A stretch of DNA of 64,000 nt from an uncultured Oscillospiraceae bacterium. Its GTDB lineage: Bacteria; Bacillota; Clostridia; Oscillospirales; Ruminococcaceae. A program made the position numbers and the translations under genes. Shown here in pieces: positions 19,611 through 29,758 of this stretch (position 1 is the stretch's first letter; every line of letters begins with the position of its first letter). The notes under the pieces were generated by a model. It worked only from the letters and a program-made list of their open reading frames with translations, made no database searches and was not told the origin of the DNA. The stretch is from contig CAKSDC010000006.1 of assembly GCA_934444765.1 (NCBI GenBank), forward strand, positions 12,760-76,759, read 5' to 3'.

Positions 19611-19623
19611 AGCGTACCACCTT

Positions 19624-20199
19624 TTAATCGTAATCCATAGGAATGTCTTCAGGTTCGTCTGGAAGTCTATCTTCCATGTGATGTGGTAGTGGTGGCAACT
19701 CTGAAAGACTATTTAAACCAAAACTTCTTAAAAATACTGGAGTAGTCACATAGGCTATAGGTCGTCCTGGTATGTCAAGACGTTCAGCCTCAGCGATTAA
19801 TCCCTTTTCCACAAGCCTATATATTACGTTAGAGCTATCTATACCTCTAATACTTTCGACAAAACTTTTAGTAACTGGTTGATTATACGCTATAATAGTA
19901 AGTACTTCCATAGCAGACGGAGTTAAAGCAGTAGAACGGTTAATCTCCATAGTACGTTTAATGTACTTTGAATACTCTTTAACCGTAACCATTTGATAAC
20001 ATTCCGCTAAACGTTCCACACGCAGAGCAGAACCACGGTCTTGATACTCATCATTTAAAGCATCTATTAGTATAGGAACTTCACGTTCAGGAATTTCGGT
20101 AGCTGTAGCCAGTTTAGATACTTCTAAAGGGTCACCATATGCAAATAGTACAGCCTCTAACCTTGATAATAACTCTTTCTGTTTAATAGTAATCACCAC
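19624..20199 (-). CDS. scpB: segregation and condensation protein B
   Basis: LEAVLFAYGDPL..., YQMVT, GRPIAYVTTPVFLRSFGL. The likely GTG start (20199/20196) overlaps the scpA stop, so the track ORF is probably N-terminally over-extended. Confidence 0.88.
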   Translation of the reverse strand: MVITIKQKELLSRLEAVLFAYGDPLEVSKLATATEIPEREVPILIDALNDEYQDRGSALRVERLAECYQMVTVKEYSKYIKRTMEINRSTALTPSAMEVLTIIAYNQPVTKSFVESIRGIDSSNVIYRLVEKGLIAEAERLDIPGRPIAYVTTPVFLRSFGLNSLSELPPLPHHMEDRLPDEPEDIPMDYD

Positions 20200-20926
20200 C
20201 AGTGCTAATATTTTTAACTTTACGACCAGTAAACATAATTTCGGAACTATCATCACTAACCATAAGCCTACCAGATTTAGTAAGTTCTAATACTGCCAAA
20301 AACAATGCTACTCTTTCGGAACGGTCGTTAATACCTTCAAATAGACTATCCAACTTAGCGTGACCATACTTATACATAACTCTTAATACCGATACCACTT
20401 TAACTTCTACAGGGAACATCTTATGTTTTAGTATGACGTTAAACTTATCCTTGTAAGTATCGGGTTTATACTGTTTAAGTCGTTTAAGACCTATGTTCAT
20501 GTACGCTTTTAACAGAGTATCGGGAGTATGTACTATGTTATAAGTATTATCTATTTTGATATCTATAATACGCTTGTGCGAAAAGATTTTATCGCCACAG
20601 TATAGTTGATACAGTCTATTAGCCGTCTGTTTACATAGAGAGTACTCTATTAGAGTACCCTCTAACTCTTTTTTTACCTGTTCTGCCTCTTTGGAGTTAG
20701 GCAGTAGGGACATAGTTTTGATGTATATTAATCGAGAAGCCATTTCAAGAAACTCACCAGCAAGTTCAAAGTCGCAAGATTGACAGTCGTCTAAATAAGC
20801 CATATACTGTTCTAACAGTTTAGAAATTTCTATATCGTATATGTTCAGCCTGTGTTTGCTGATAAGGTTCAACATTAAGTCCAAAGGACCTTCAAAGACT
20901 TCTAACTTAAAAGATAGTCTTTCCAT
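20183..20926 (-). CDS. scpA: segregation and condensation protein A
   Basis: FEGPLDLMLNLISKHRLNIYDIEISKL..QY. Confidence 0.9.
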   Translation of the reverse strand: MERLSFKLEVFEGPLDLMLNLISKHRLNIYDIEISKLLEQYMAYLDDCQSCDFELAGEFLEMASRLIYIKTMSLLPNSKEAEQVKKELEGTLIEYSLCKQTANRLYQLYCGDKIFSHKRIIDIKIDNTYNIVHTPDTLLKAYMNIGLKRLKQYKPDTYKDKFNVILKHKMFPVEVKVVSVLRVMYKYGHAKLDSLFEGINDRSERVALFLAVLELTKSGRLMVSDDSSEIMFTGRKVKNISTGGDYY

Positions 20927-20928
20927 AG

Positions 20929-21576
20929 TTAAGCAAATATTAGGTCTATATATCCAGTTAAGAAGTTCATAATACTAAACATACCACTTCTTAAAAAAGA
21001 TAAAAAGTTATCGAATATTCCAGAGTTCATAACTAATATTAAGCCTATAAAGATGTACCTTTCATAACGCATAATATTGAAGTAAGTGCGTTCATCTAAG
21101 AATACACTAAATACTCTTGAACCGTCTAAAGGTGGTATAGGTAGTAGGTTGAATATCGCTAAGCCTATGTTTAATACTACTACATAGTATAGTATCAACT
21201 CAACATACGCTATATTGGTAGAAGCACCTACTGAATAGTATAACACTTTGTATAGTATCATGCCAATATAAGCCATTAGTAGATTGGATACTGGTCCAGC
21301 TAAAGCCGTTAAAGCCATACCAGTCTTACGACTTACTTTTGTAAAGTTATTCGGATTTATAGGTACTGGCTTAGCCCAACCTATACCTGCGAATACCATA
21401 AGAATAGTACCAAATAGGTCTAAGTGTGCAAATGGATTGATAGTCAATCTACCTGAATACTTTGCAGTATTATCACCTAACTTATACGCCACGTAGCCAT
21501 GTGCAAATTCATGAATTGGGAAAGCAGTAAACAACACTATAACGTGCATTAATAGTACGAATGCCTTATCACTCAT
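20929..21576 (-). CDS. site-2 protease family (M50) membrane metalloprotease
   Basis: HEFAHG and NLLPIPPLDGS motifs; multi-pass membrane protein. Confidence 0.8.
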   Translation of the reverse strand: MSDKAFVLLMHVIVLFTAFPIHEFAHGYVAYKLGDNTAKYSGRLTINPFAHLDLFGTILMVFAGIGWAKPVPINPNNFTKVSRKTGMALTALAGPVSNLLMAYIGMILYKVLYYSVGASTNIAYVELILYYVVVLNIGLAIFNLLPIPPLDGSRVFSVFLDERTYFNIMRYERYIFIGLILVMNSGIFDNFLSFLRSGMFSIMNFLTGYIDLIFA

Positions 21577-21672
21577 AAAAAAACTCCTTTACTATAATAA
21601 TATGGTTATCTTATAATTGTAACCTAAAACCCCGAAAATTGCAAGAAGTTTTTTGTTACGTATTATAGTATC

Positions 21673-21706
21673 AAAAAAGAGCTACTATATACTTATAATA
21701 GCTCTT
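21673..21706 (-). terminator. intrinsic terminator
   Basis: AAGAGCTA/TAGCTCTT hairpin followed on the minus strand by TTTTTT. Confidence 0.6.
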
Positions 21707-21718
21707 AACGAATAGCCT

Positions 21719-22990
21719 CTATACTGCCTGATAGTTGGCATTAGATAGCATTAGTTTAATTCTGTTTTCTTGGTTTACCTTAGTAGCACCTGGGTCATAG
21801 TCTATAGGCACTATGTTCGCATTAGGATATATACTTTTAATCTTTCTAACCATTCCCTTGCCTACTACGTGATTAGGTAAACATCCAAACGGTTGACAGC
21901 ACACTATATTGTTATAGCCACTTTCGATAAGTTCCATCATTTCAGCGACTAACATCCAACCTTCGCCCATCTTATTACCGTAACCTATAACGCCTTTTAC
22001 TAAACTTCTGGTGTGTTCGTATGAAGTAGGAGGTAAAAAGCAGTCGTACTGTTTAACTATATCTATTACGGTATTATGAACCTTTTCAACATAGTTGAAT
22101 AACATAGTAGCTATACCTTTTTTAAGTTTGCTACCGTCGTATAAGTCCACGTCATCACGACGGTTATCTATTTTAAATAGTATAAATGGAATTAGTCCAG
22201 GAAGGTTTACTTCGCAACCCTGTTCAAACAGAAACTGTTCAAGGTTGTTATTAGCAAGTTTAGAGTACTTAGCGTATATTTCGCCTACTATACCAACCTT
22301 AGTCTTATGAACCGACTTATCCACTTTAACTTTAGAGAAGTCTTCAGTAATGTTTTTAATGTTGTCTTTTAGGTCTTTATTGGAAAGTCCTCTACCGACC
22401 TTTAGTTGATTAGTTATTTCAACAACCCATTTGTCTATTACGGCACGACAAGAACCCTTTTCTACTTCGTAAGGTTTAGTCTGATTATCCAATAGCATCA
22501 TAACGTCGCCATAGGCTAAAGACATCATAGCTTGCATAATCATAGGGATAGTAAAAGTAAAACCGCTATTTTTTTCCAAACCTGACAGGTTCAATGAGAT
22601 TACTGGCACTTGTGAATAGTTACACTTTTCTAAAGCCTTTCTAAGTAAGTGAATATAGTTAGAGGCTCTACAACCGCCACCCGTTTGAGGGACTATTAAA
22701 GCGGTTTTGTTTACATCATACTTACCACTATTTAAGGCATCTATTAGTTGACCTATTACTAATAGTGCAGGATAGCAAGTATCATTGTGAACGTGTTCCA
22801 AACCTGCATTTACTACGTTAGGACCTTCATTAGTCAATAGTTCTACCTTATATCCGTGAATTAAAAATACGTGTTTTAATATTTCAAAGTGAATACCTAA
22901 CATATTAGGAATTAATATGGTATAGTCTTTCTTCATTTCCTTAGTAAATTCTACTCTCAAGATACCAACTTCCTTTCTACTACTAAACAT
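21719..22990 (-). CDS. 2-hydroxyacyl-CoA dehydratase-family / activase-related protein (stand-alone)
   Basis: GGGCRASNY and CCQPFGCLPNHVVGKG motifs. The real start may be the TTG near 22960 (GAAAGGAAG SD). Confidence 0.55.
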   Translation of the reverse strand: MFSSRKEVGILRVEFTKEMKKDYTILIPNMLGIHFEILKHVFLIHGYKVELLTNEGPNVVNAGLEHVHNDTCYPALLVIGQLIDALNSGKYDVNKTALIVPQTGGGCRASNYIHLLRKALEKCNYSQVPVISLNLSGLEKNSGFTFTIPMIMQAMMSLAYGDVMMLLDNQTKPYEVEKGSCRAVIDKWVVEITNQLKVGRGLSNKDLKDNIKNITEDFSKVKVDKSVHKTKVGIVGEIYAKYSKLANNNLEQFLFEQGCEVNLPGLIPFILFKIDNRRDDVDLYDGSKLKKGIATMLFNYVEKVHNTVIDIVKQYDCFLPPTSYEHTRSLVKGVIGYGNKMGEGWMLVAEMMELIESGYNNIVCCQPFGCLPNHVVGKGMVRKIKSIYPNANIVPIDYDPGATKVNQENRIKLMLSNANYQAV

Positions 22991-23065
22991 ATATCAAAGC
23001 GTATGCTACTATTATAACACATCTACTAAAAAAGTCAAATACAAGTTTTGCTTATAGCCTCACGT

Positions 23066-23094
23066 TTGACAAACCATAATAAAGGTATTATAAT
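23066..23094 (+). promoter_or_regulatory. sigma-A promoter of the ClC gene
   Basis: TTGACA, 17 nt, TATAAT. Confidence 0.6.
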
Positions 23095-23116
23095 CTATCT
23101 TGAGGTGGTTTTAAAC

Positions 23117-24388
23117 ATGAATAAGTATATATATCATTGGTATAAGGAACTTAAAAGAATACATATTCCAGCTATAAAGTCGTTCTTTAAGTGGACCTTA
23201 ATATCTATAATGATAGGCGTAGTAGTAGGTTTGGTAGGAGTAGCTTTTAATAAGAGTATTCAAGGGGTAACAGACTTTAGAGAAAAATATCCCATACTAA
23301 TATACTTTATGGCTATAGGGGGTGTATTGATAACTTTAATATATCAGTTAATGGGATTGCCACACGATAGAGGCACTAACATGGTACTAATGGCAGTCAG
23401 AGACGGTAAAAACTTAAACTTAAAAAATATGGTGTGTATCTTTTCAGGAAGTGTTATCACTCACTTGTTTGGTGGTTCTTCTGGTAGAGAAGGTGCTGGT
23501 TTACAGATAGGCGGAAGTATCGCTTCAAGTATAGGTTCTGCTATGAAGATGAACCAATCAGACGTTAGAATTATTACCATGTGTGGTATGAGTGCAGGGT
23601 TTTCAGCACTGTTTGGAACGCCTGTAACTGCTGGGTTCTTTGCTATGGAAGTTATAAGTGTAGGAATACTACACTATTCAGCGATAGTTCCGTGTATGGT
23701 AGCCTCGGTAGTGAGTACTATGGTATCCAACTATTTGGGTGGAGAGAACGTATTCTATAATATAGTAGTTCCAAACTTGAACGCAGTATCCATACTACAG
23801 ACTATAGTATTGGCTTTCTTATGTGCATTTATTAGTATACTGTTCTGTTTAGCTATGCACTTAGCCTTAGAACTATATCGAAAGTATTTAGTGAACCACT
23901 ATGCAAGAGCCATAGTAGGTGGTGTACTAATTAGTATACTAACCTTTTTAGTAGGAACTTACGACTTCAACGGTACTGGTATGAACGTAATAGATAGAGC
24001 TTTTACTCAGCAAGTACCGTTCCATATGTTTATAGTAAAGATACTATTTACAGCTATCACGCTATGTGCAGGCTACAAGGGAGGCGAAATAGTTCCGTCG
24101 TTATATGTAGGTGCTACTTTTGGAAGTTTTTTTGGTACGTTAATAGGAATGGATACTTCTTTTGGTGCAAGCATAGGAATGATAGCCCTATTCTGTGGAG
24201 TTACTAACTGTCCATTAACTTCCATGTTTCTATCGGTGGAAATATTCGGTGCTAAAGGATTAGTCTACTTTGGAATAGCGTGTGCGGTATCTTACCTACT
24301 ATCGGGATATACTGGCTTATACAATGCACAAAAGATAGTGTACTCTAAAACGCTTACAAAGTATATAGACCGCAAAGCTAATCAATAA
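23117..24388 (+). CDS. ClC-family voltage-gated chloride channel/antiporter
   Basis: GSSGREGAG and GFSALFGTPVTAGFFAMEV. Start set at ATG 23117 (GAGGTGG SD) rather than the longer track ORF. Confidence 0.85.
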   Translation: MNKYIYHWYKELKRIHIPAIKSFFKWTLISIMIGVVVGLVGVAFNKSIQGVTDFREKYPILIYFMAIGGVLITLIYQLMGLPHDRGTNMVLMAVRDGKNLNLKNMVCIFSGSVITHLFGGSSGREGAGLQIGGSIASSIGSAMKMNQSDVRIITMCGMSAGFSALFGTPVTAGFFAMEVISVGILHYSAIVPCMVASVVSTMVSNYLGGENVFYNIVVPNLNAVSILQTIVLAFLCAFISILFCLAMHLALELYRKYLVNHYARAIVGGVLISILTFLVGTYDFNGTGMNVIDRAFTQQVPFHMFIVKILFTAITLCAGYKGGEIVPSLYVGATFGSFFGTLIGMDTSFGASIGMIALFCGVTNCPLTSMFLSVEIFGAKGLVYFGIACAVSYLLSGYTGLYNAQKIVYSKTLTKYIDRKANQ

Positions 24389-24412
24389 CTATATATTAAT
24401 ACTACTACTAAC

Positions 24413-24458
24413 TTAGAGGTTCTTTTTGTCACAAAAGAGCCTCTAAAAAAATTTTTTA
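24413..24458 (+). terminator. intrinsic terminator after the ClC gene
   Basis: TTAGAGGTTCTTTT/AAAAGAGCCTCTAA hairpin followed by A6T6. Confidence 0.65.
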
Positions 24459-24515
24459 GTACGTGTGACTTTTTGGCGACTAAGTGTGTATCTATTATGA
24501 AAGGAGTTAAAAACC

Positions 24516-25025
24516 ATGGACAACACACTCTTTGAAGAAAAGTATTCGCTATATAGCAACCTAATATTCAAACTCTCTATGACATACTTAGCTAACAAAT
24601 CAGATGCCGAAGACGTTACACAAGAAGTATTCATTAAACTGTTTACCAACAAAACACCGTTCGATACCTTAGAACACGAAAAATACTGGATTATAAGAGT
24701 TACCATTAATGCTTGTAAAAATCATTTACGAACTTTTTGGAATAAAAATACTACTTCTTTAGAAGATAATTTAGAAGAAGTTGAAAAAAATACTGAAGAT
24801 GACTACTCATACATACAAGAGTTACTATTTAGTCTAAACGAAAAATATAGGGTGGTTTTATACTTATACTACTACGAAGGCTACTCTATTGAGGAAATAG
24901 CTAAAATATTAAAGATAACACAGTCAGGAGTAAAGATGCGTCTTAAAAGGGGCAGAGAAAAGTTAAAACTCGATTTGGAGGCGGAAGATTATGAAAAAAA
25001 AAGAATATATTCATATGATAGATAG
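24516..25025 (+). CDS. ECF-type RNA polymerase sigma-70 factor
   Basis: 169 aa with region 2 (DAEDVTQEVFIKLF) and region 4 (YYEGYSIEEIAKILKITQSGVKMRLKRGR). Confidence 0.85.
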   Translation: MDNTLFEEKYSLYSNLIFKLSMTYLANKSDAEDVTQEVFIKLFTNKTPFDTLEHEKYWIIRVTINACKNHLRTFWNKNTTSLEDNLEEVEKNTEDDYSYIQELLFSLNEKYRVVLYLYYYEGYSIEEIAKILKITQSGVKMRLKRGREKLKLDLEAEDYEKKRIYSYDR

Positions 25026-26625
25026 TTTTGAATTAGACCCAAACTTTAAGTATCGTTTACAAAGAAAGGTAGATTTTGAAATGAGTAAAAATACTAATAA
25101 TAAAAAATCTTTTAAAAGTAGAAAAGTGGCTATCTTCTCGGCTTGCTTAGTAGCCGTATTAGGTGTATCTGTAGTAGCTATGCCAGTAATGGCAGATAAC
25201 ATTCCTATACTACAAAGTCTTCTAAACAAGATAGAACAGAGAAATCAAGCCAACCCTACTAAAGACTATTCTCAAGAAGTACAAGTTACTACACAAGCAG
25301 AAACTCAAACCGCAGTAGCTACTCAAGACGATACCGACTATATGTCCGTATACGTAGATAGTTACTATTGTGACGGTTCTAACCTATACATCACCTATGG
25401 TATACAGTCCAATGACGAACTACTATCTAAGTGCAACTGTATAACTGGTCCTCTCGATATCAAGATTAACGGTCAAACCTTAGACAACGACACAAAGTCT
25501 ACTGAACTATACACTGCAAGTAGCGATGAACTTGGTCTATTCGTAGGCAAGATTAACGTAGACGTTTCTAATATCGAAGATATTGACGGTGCAGATATAG
25601 ACCTATCTTTTAGTGTAGACTGTGCTTTTGATAGCATTCACTACGACTATGATTACGATAGTCTACGCTATACTAACTTCCGTTTAGATACCTTTAATGA
25701 CGACGGTTCTCCTAACGAATACGCTGAAAAGTATCTAAATCAGTCCGTATCTACTGACTTTAAACTATCTATAACCGATACTTCACAGAATAAAACCTAT
25801 CCAGTAAATCAAACTCAAGGCGGAGTTACTATAAACAGTATAACCGTATCCCCTGCTAATACTAAATTAGATGCAGACTTCTCTTCCAGTGACAGTTCAT
25901 ACATGGTTAGACTATTCGATAGCACGGGTACAGAACTACTCTTGAGCGACAACAACGTCTATTCAACCCCTATGAAGGACGCTACTTCTATAACTATCGG
26001 TCTATACGATAACTCACAAGCTGAACCAGTATACTCCTTTGAAGTGCCTATCGACCGTGGTTACGCTATAGATATAGACGATTACGGCTATGTGGACGTA
26101 GAACCTATATATAACCCTCCTATGGAAGAAGTAACTAAGAATATCAAGTCTATACTTGAAGAAAAGTATAAGGATGTTCCTATGTATCAAGACGTTTCTT
26201 CAAACTTAACAGATACCATAAACGTTAAGATAGACAACTACACTATCACCGACAGTTTAGACGGCTTAGAACTCGATAGCGAACTAACTAACGAATTTGA
26301 CTACAGACACATAAACCAAAACGGTGAATTAGAAGACGGCTACAAGGCTATAGTATTAGAGGCTACCGTTACTAATCTATTAGATACTTCTCAAGAATTT
26401 TGCAAGGCATTCTATTTAAGTTCTTATATGGATAACTTCTATTTTGAACCTGTAGCTTTCGACAAGTACGACGGTTATAACCACTCAGCATATATGACCA
26501 CTTTACAACCTAACGAAACTAAGACTATTAAAATAGGTTACGTAGTATCAGATGAGGCTTTAGAACTTCCTATACTAATAAGTTCAGACTATAGCGAAAA
26601 CGCTTCACAAGTTAGACTACAATAG
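24991..26625 (+). CDS. putative anti-sigma factor with a large extracytoplasmic domain
   Basis: Overlaps the sigma gene by 35 nt and has a GGAGG SD. A short cytoplasmic N-terminus and single TM (VAIFSACLVAVLGVSVVAM) precede an extracellular region of about 470 aa. Confidence 0.5.
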   Translation: MKKKEYIHMIDSFELDPNFKYRLQRKVDFEMSKNTNNKKSFKSRKVAIFSACLVAVLGVSVVAMPVMADNIPILQSLLNKIEQRNQANPTKDYSQEVQVTTQAETQTAVATQDDTDYMSVYVDSYYCDGSNLYITYGIQSNDELLSKCNCITGPLDIKINGQTLDNDTKSTELYTASSDELGLFVGKINVDVSNIEDIDGADIDLSFSVDCAFDSIHYDYDYDSLRYTNFRLDTFNDDGSPNEYAEKYLNQSVSTDFKLSITDTSQNKTYPVNQTQGGVTINSITVSPANTKLDADFSSSDSSYMVRLFDSTGTELLLSDNNVYSTPMKDATSITIGLYDNSQAEPVYSFEVPIDRGYAIDIDDYGYVDVEPIYNPPMEEVTKNIKSILEEKYKDVPMYQDVSSNLTDTINVKIDNYTITDSLDGLELDSELTNEFDYRHINQNGELEDGYKAIVLEATVTNLLDTSQEFCKAFYLSSYMDNFYFEPVAFDKYDGYNHSAYMTTLQPNETKTIKIGYVVSDEALELPILISSDYSENASQVRLQ

Positions 26626-26662
26626 TATGAATACTACCATATTCCATATATATAACGACTAT

Positions 26663-26691
26663 AGAGCGTACTCCCATTTAGAGTACGCTCT
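26663..26691. terminator. bidirectional terminator between convergent genes
   Basis: AGAGCGTACTC/GAGTACGCTCT hairpin. Confidence 0.6.
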
Positions 26692-26717
26692 ATTACTGTA
26701 TATAGTATTAGTAACTA

Positions 26718-27668
26718 CTACTTTAGCTTTTCGATAGCGGACTTAGTAGTATTATATATGTTCTCAGCAGATAGACCAAACTCTTTTAATAGGTCTACGG
26801 CTGGACCACTATGACCAAATACATCGTTTACGCCTATCTTGATAACTGGTACTGGACAGCTTTCTGTTACCACTTCAGCGACTGCAGAACCTAAACCACC
26901 TATAACAGAATGTTCTTCAGCAGTTACTATTAGACCAGTTTCTTCAGCACACTTAGAGATAAGTTCTTTATCTATAGGCTTTATAGTGTGAATGTTTACT
27001 ACTCTTGCATTGATACCGTCAGCCTTTAGCATTTCGTGAGCTTGTAGAGCCTCGTTTACCATTAGACCAGTAGCTACTATAGTAACGTCGTTACCTTGTT
27101 TAAGAGTTACACCCTTACCGAGTTCAAACTTGTAAGTATCTTTATCGTTTATTACTGGAACGGCTAATCTACCAAAACGCATATATACTGGACCGTTATG
27201 GAGTATAGCACTTTCTACAGCCTGTTTAGCCTCTACGTCGTCGGAAGGGTTGATAATAGTCATACCAGGGATAGTTCTCATTAGAGCAATATCTTCGTTA
27301 CATTGGTGAGTAGCACCGTCTTCACCTACGGAAATACCAGCATGAGTAGCACCTATTTTAACGTTTATGTGTGGATATCCTATAGTATTTCTAACTATTT
27401 CGTAAGCACGACCAGCAGCAAACATAGCAAAAGTACTTGCAAAAGGTATCATACCAGATACTGCAAGACCGCCAGCTACACCCATCATGTTAGCTTCGGC
27501 AATACCGCAATCGAAAAATCTGTTAGGATACTTCTTTTTAAATATACCAGTCTTAGTAGCAGCAGCAAGGTCAGCGTCTAATACTACTAAGTTAGGATAC
27601 TTTTCAGCGAGTTCAGTTAAAGCCTCACCATAGCTTTCACGAGTAGCCTTTTTAATAATTTCGGACAT
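26718..27668 (-). CDS. transketolase, C-terminal (pyrimidine-binding) subunit
   Basis: Split-transketolase architecture: FFDCGIAEANMMGVAGGLA, GATHQCNEDIALMR. Confidence 0.9.
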   Translation of the reverse strand: MSEIIKKATRESYGEALTELAEKYPNLVVLDADLAAATKTGIFKKKYPNRFFDCGIAEANMMGVAGGLAVSGMIPFASTFAMFAAGRAYEIVRNTIGYPHINVKIGATHAGISVGEDGATHQCNEDIALMRTIPGMTIINPSDDVEAKQAVESAILHNGPVYMRFGRLAVPVINDKDTYKFELGKGVTLKQGNDVTIVATGLMVNEALQAHEMLKADGINARVVNIHTIKPIDKELISKCAEETGLIVTAEEHSVIGGLGSAVAEVVTESCPVPVIKIGVNDVFGHSGPAVDLLKEFGLSAENIYNTTKSAIEKLK

Positions 27669-27674
27669 AATATA

Positions 27675-28517
27675 TTAACCCTCCAATGCTTGTAATTGAG
27701 CGTTTAGCTCTGCCATAGCCTTATCGTACTCTTCCTTGTTAGGAGCTTTACCGTGCCAGCCTACTTGATTTTCCATAAACGAAACGCCTTTACCCTTAAC
27801 ACTCTTTTGTACTATAACTACAGGCTTACCTACTATGGTTTCTGCCTCATCGAAAGCACTTTCTATGCTGTCAAAGTCGTGAGCGTCCATAGTTATAACG
27901 TGCCAACCGAAGGCTTCAAACTTATCGGTAATAGGTTCAGGGGACATAACTTCGGTAATTTTACCGTCTATCTGTAGACCGTTGTTGTCTACTATAGCTA
28001 TTAAGTTATCTAACTTGTAGTGGCTTGCAAACATACTTGCTTCCCAAACTTGACCTTCTTCTATTTCACCGTCGCCTAATATGGTGTACACTTTATAAGA
28101 AGCCTCATTTAGTTTACCAGCTAAAGCCATACCGCAAGCTACTGATATACCTTGTCCAAGAGAACCACTGCTCATATCCACACCAGGTGTATGAATACAT
28201 GGGTGACCTTGTAACATAGCACCTATATGTCTTAAAGACTTTAACTCTTCCATAGGGAAAAATCCTCTTAAAGCTAAGGCTGAGTATAGTGCAGGTGCAG
28301 TATGTCCTTTAGATAGTACTAATCTATCTCTATCTTCCATTTCAGGATTTTTAGGGTCTACGTGCATTTTAGCAAAGTATAGATAGGTTAGTAAGTCGGA
28401 AATCGAAAGAGAACCGCCTGGGTGTCCAGACTTTGCATTGTAAGTACCTTCGATAACGCCCATTCTAACCTTACAGGCAGTAGCCTGTAACTTTTTCTTT
28501 ATGGTTATATCCATCAT
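27675..28517 (-). CDS. transketolase, N-terminal (TPP-binding) subunit
   Basis: SGHPGGSLS and GDGEIEEGQVWEA. Start set at ATG 28517 after an AAGGAG SD. Confidence 0.9.
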   Translation of the reverse strand: MMDITIKKKLQATACKVRMGVIEGTYNAKSGHPGGSLSISDLLTYLYFAKMHVDPKNPEMEDRDRLVLSKGHTAPALYSALALRGFFPMEELKSLRHIGAMLQGHPCIHTPGVDMSSGSLGQGISVACGMALAGKLNEASYKVYTILGDGEIEEGQVWEASMFASHYKLDNLIAIVDNNGLQIDGKITEVMSPEPITDKFEAFGWHVITMDAHDFDSIESAFDEAETIVGKPVVIVQKSVKGKGVSFMENQVGWHGKAPNKEEYDKAMAELNAQLQALEG

Positions 28518-28632
28518 CAAAAACTCCTTTGTATTGATTTTTTTAGTATGCACAAAACATAGTCAAAAACATATCAATATAATTATATCATCAAAATAGT
28601 GTAGTTGTCAACGATTTTTTAAGTAGTGTATA

Positions 28633-29742
28633 CTATATTGGAGAACTATTTTCGCCATACATAAAGCCTAATATCTGTGAATATAAATATTCGTCTTGCG
28701 AAACTGGTATTGGTTGATAGTTATTAGTACCGCTACCACCGTATACATAGAACGGTACTATATTTTCGGTAGAATTAACTATCTGTTTAGTGGACTTATT
28801 ATAAGTAAACTCTTCTTGATATACTATAGTAGCATTTTCGGGATTTAGATTTCCACCGAATACAAAGTTACCTATAGAATATACTATATGCACTCCATTA
28901 TAAGTTTCTAACGGTTGCAGTACGTGAGGGTGTCCACCGACTATCAAATCCGCTCCATGGTCTACTATTCTATGACAAGCCTCTATCTTCCAACTTTCAG
29001 CAGAGTGTACCGCTTCTTCTCCACCATGAAAGAATACTACTTGAATATCGGTAGTATCATTTAGAGCCTCTATTCTATCTATTATGTTATCGGCATAGTT
29101 GCCGTCCCATAAGGAACAGCATACTATACCTATTTTAACTCCGTCTTTTTCGACTATTACGTCTTTGTCGTCGTTTCCCCACTGAGTATAGTTAGTGTCT
29201 TCTATAGCCTTTTGAGTATCCAATTGACCCTGTTCGCCGAAATCGTTAGTATGATTATTAGCCAAAGATACCACTTCTACACTGTTATCGGAAAATATCT
29301 TAGCGTTTTCGGTTCTACTCTTAAACCAGAATGCAGGTGTATAACCCTTATCACGTTCTTGTAGACTGTTATCTGAAAAGACCGTTTCACAATTAGCTAT
29401 AGTAAAGTCGTCGTTAGAGATATACGGCATAGCACCCTCTAAAAAGTAAGAGGTACTATTATTTAAGGCATAGTAGTTAAATCGGGAAGTATCTGTATCG
29501 TCTCCGTGCTGAGTGCCAAGAGTACAATCCCCTAAGAACGTCAAATCGATAGTTACGGTTTGATTTTCCATAGTAGTAGTGGTAGCTTGTGTAGTAGCAG
29601 AGGTTTCTGTAATAGAAGTAGTGGAGGTAGCACCTTCAATAGAAGTAGTAGCGACGGTTTCATCGTTAAGACTATCACCACTACAACTACACAGTCCAAT
29701 TAAAGATACTATTATCGATATCGATAGTAGAGTATGTTTCAT
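28633..29742 (-). CDS. CapA-family metallophosphoesterase-like lipoprotein
   Basis: Lipobox LIGLCSC, T-rich linker, ANNH and GGHPHV motifs. Confidence 0.7.
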   Translation of the reverse strand: MKHTLLSISIIVSLIGLCSCSGDSLNDETVATTSIEGATSTTSITETSATTQATTTTMENQTVTIDLTFLGDCTLGTQHGDDTDTSRFNYYALNNSTSYFLEGAMPYISNDDFTIANCETVFSDNSLQERDKGYTPAFWFKSRTENAKIFSDNSVEVVSLANNHTNDFGEQGQLDTQKAIEDTNYTQWGNDDKDVIVEKDGVKIGIVCCSLWDGNYADNIIDRIEALNDTTDIQVVFFHGGEEAVHSAESWKIEACHRIVDHGADLIVGGHPHVLQPLETYNGVHIVYSIGNFVFGGNLNPENATIVYQEEFTYNKSTKQIVNSTENIVPFYVYGGSGTNNYQPIPVSQDEYLYSQILGFMYGENSSPI

Positions 29743-29758
29743 AATACTTAGTCCTTTC

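Noticed and set aside
19030-19689. 219-aa ORF on the plus strand
   Set aside because: It runs antisense across the K/S-rich low-complexity repeat of the YtfI-like gene and into scpB. The translation is leucine/serine-rich with no motifs and no SD. It is an artefact of repetitive codons on the other strand.
22991-23116. Possible fluoride (crcB-motif) riboswitch upstream of the ClC gene
   Set aside because: I could not find the conserved fluoride-aptamer core. The region is explained by a consensus TTGACA-17-TATAAT promoter and an SD. The channel has the GSSGREGAG-type selectivity motif of ordinary ClC proteins.
23048-23116. N-terminal extensions in the ORF track (23048, 16281, 61405, 28553, 30622, 37012, 39362, 58570, 59590, 35622, 52819, 20256)
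   Set aside because: In each case an internal ATG or GTG with a properly spaced SD matches the conserved N-terminus of the family. The upstream residues come from the ORF finder choosing the longest reading frame.
29713-29726. Perfect 14-bp palindrome TATCGATATCGATA
   Set aside because: It lies inside the signal-peptide coding region of the CapA-like lipoprotein (SISIIVS). It is AT-rich, and chance plus codon repetition explain it.
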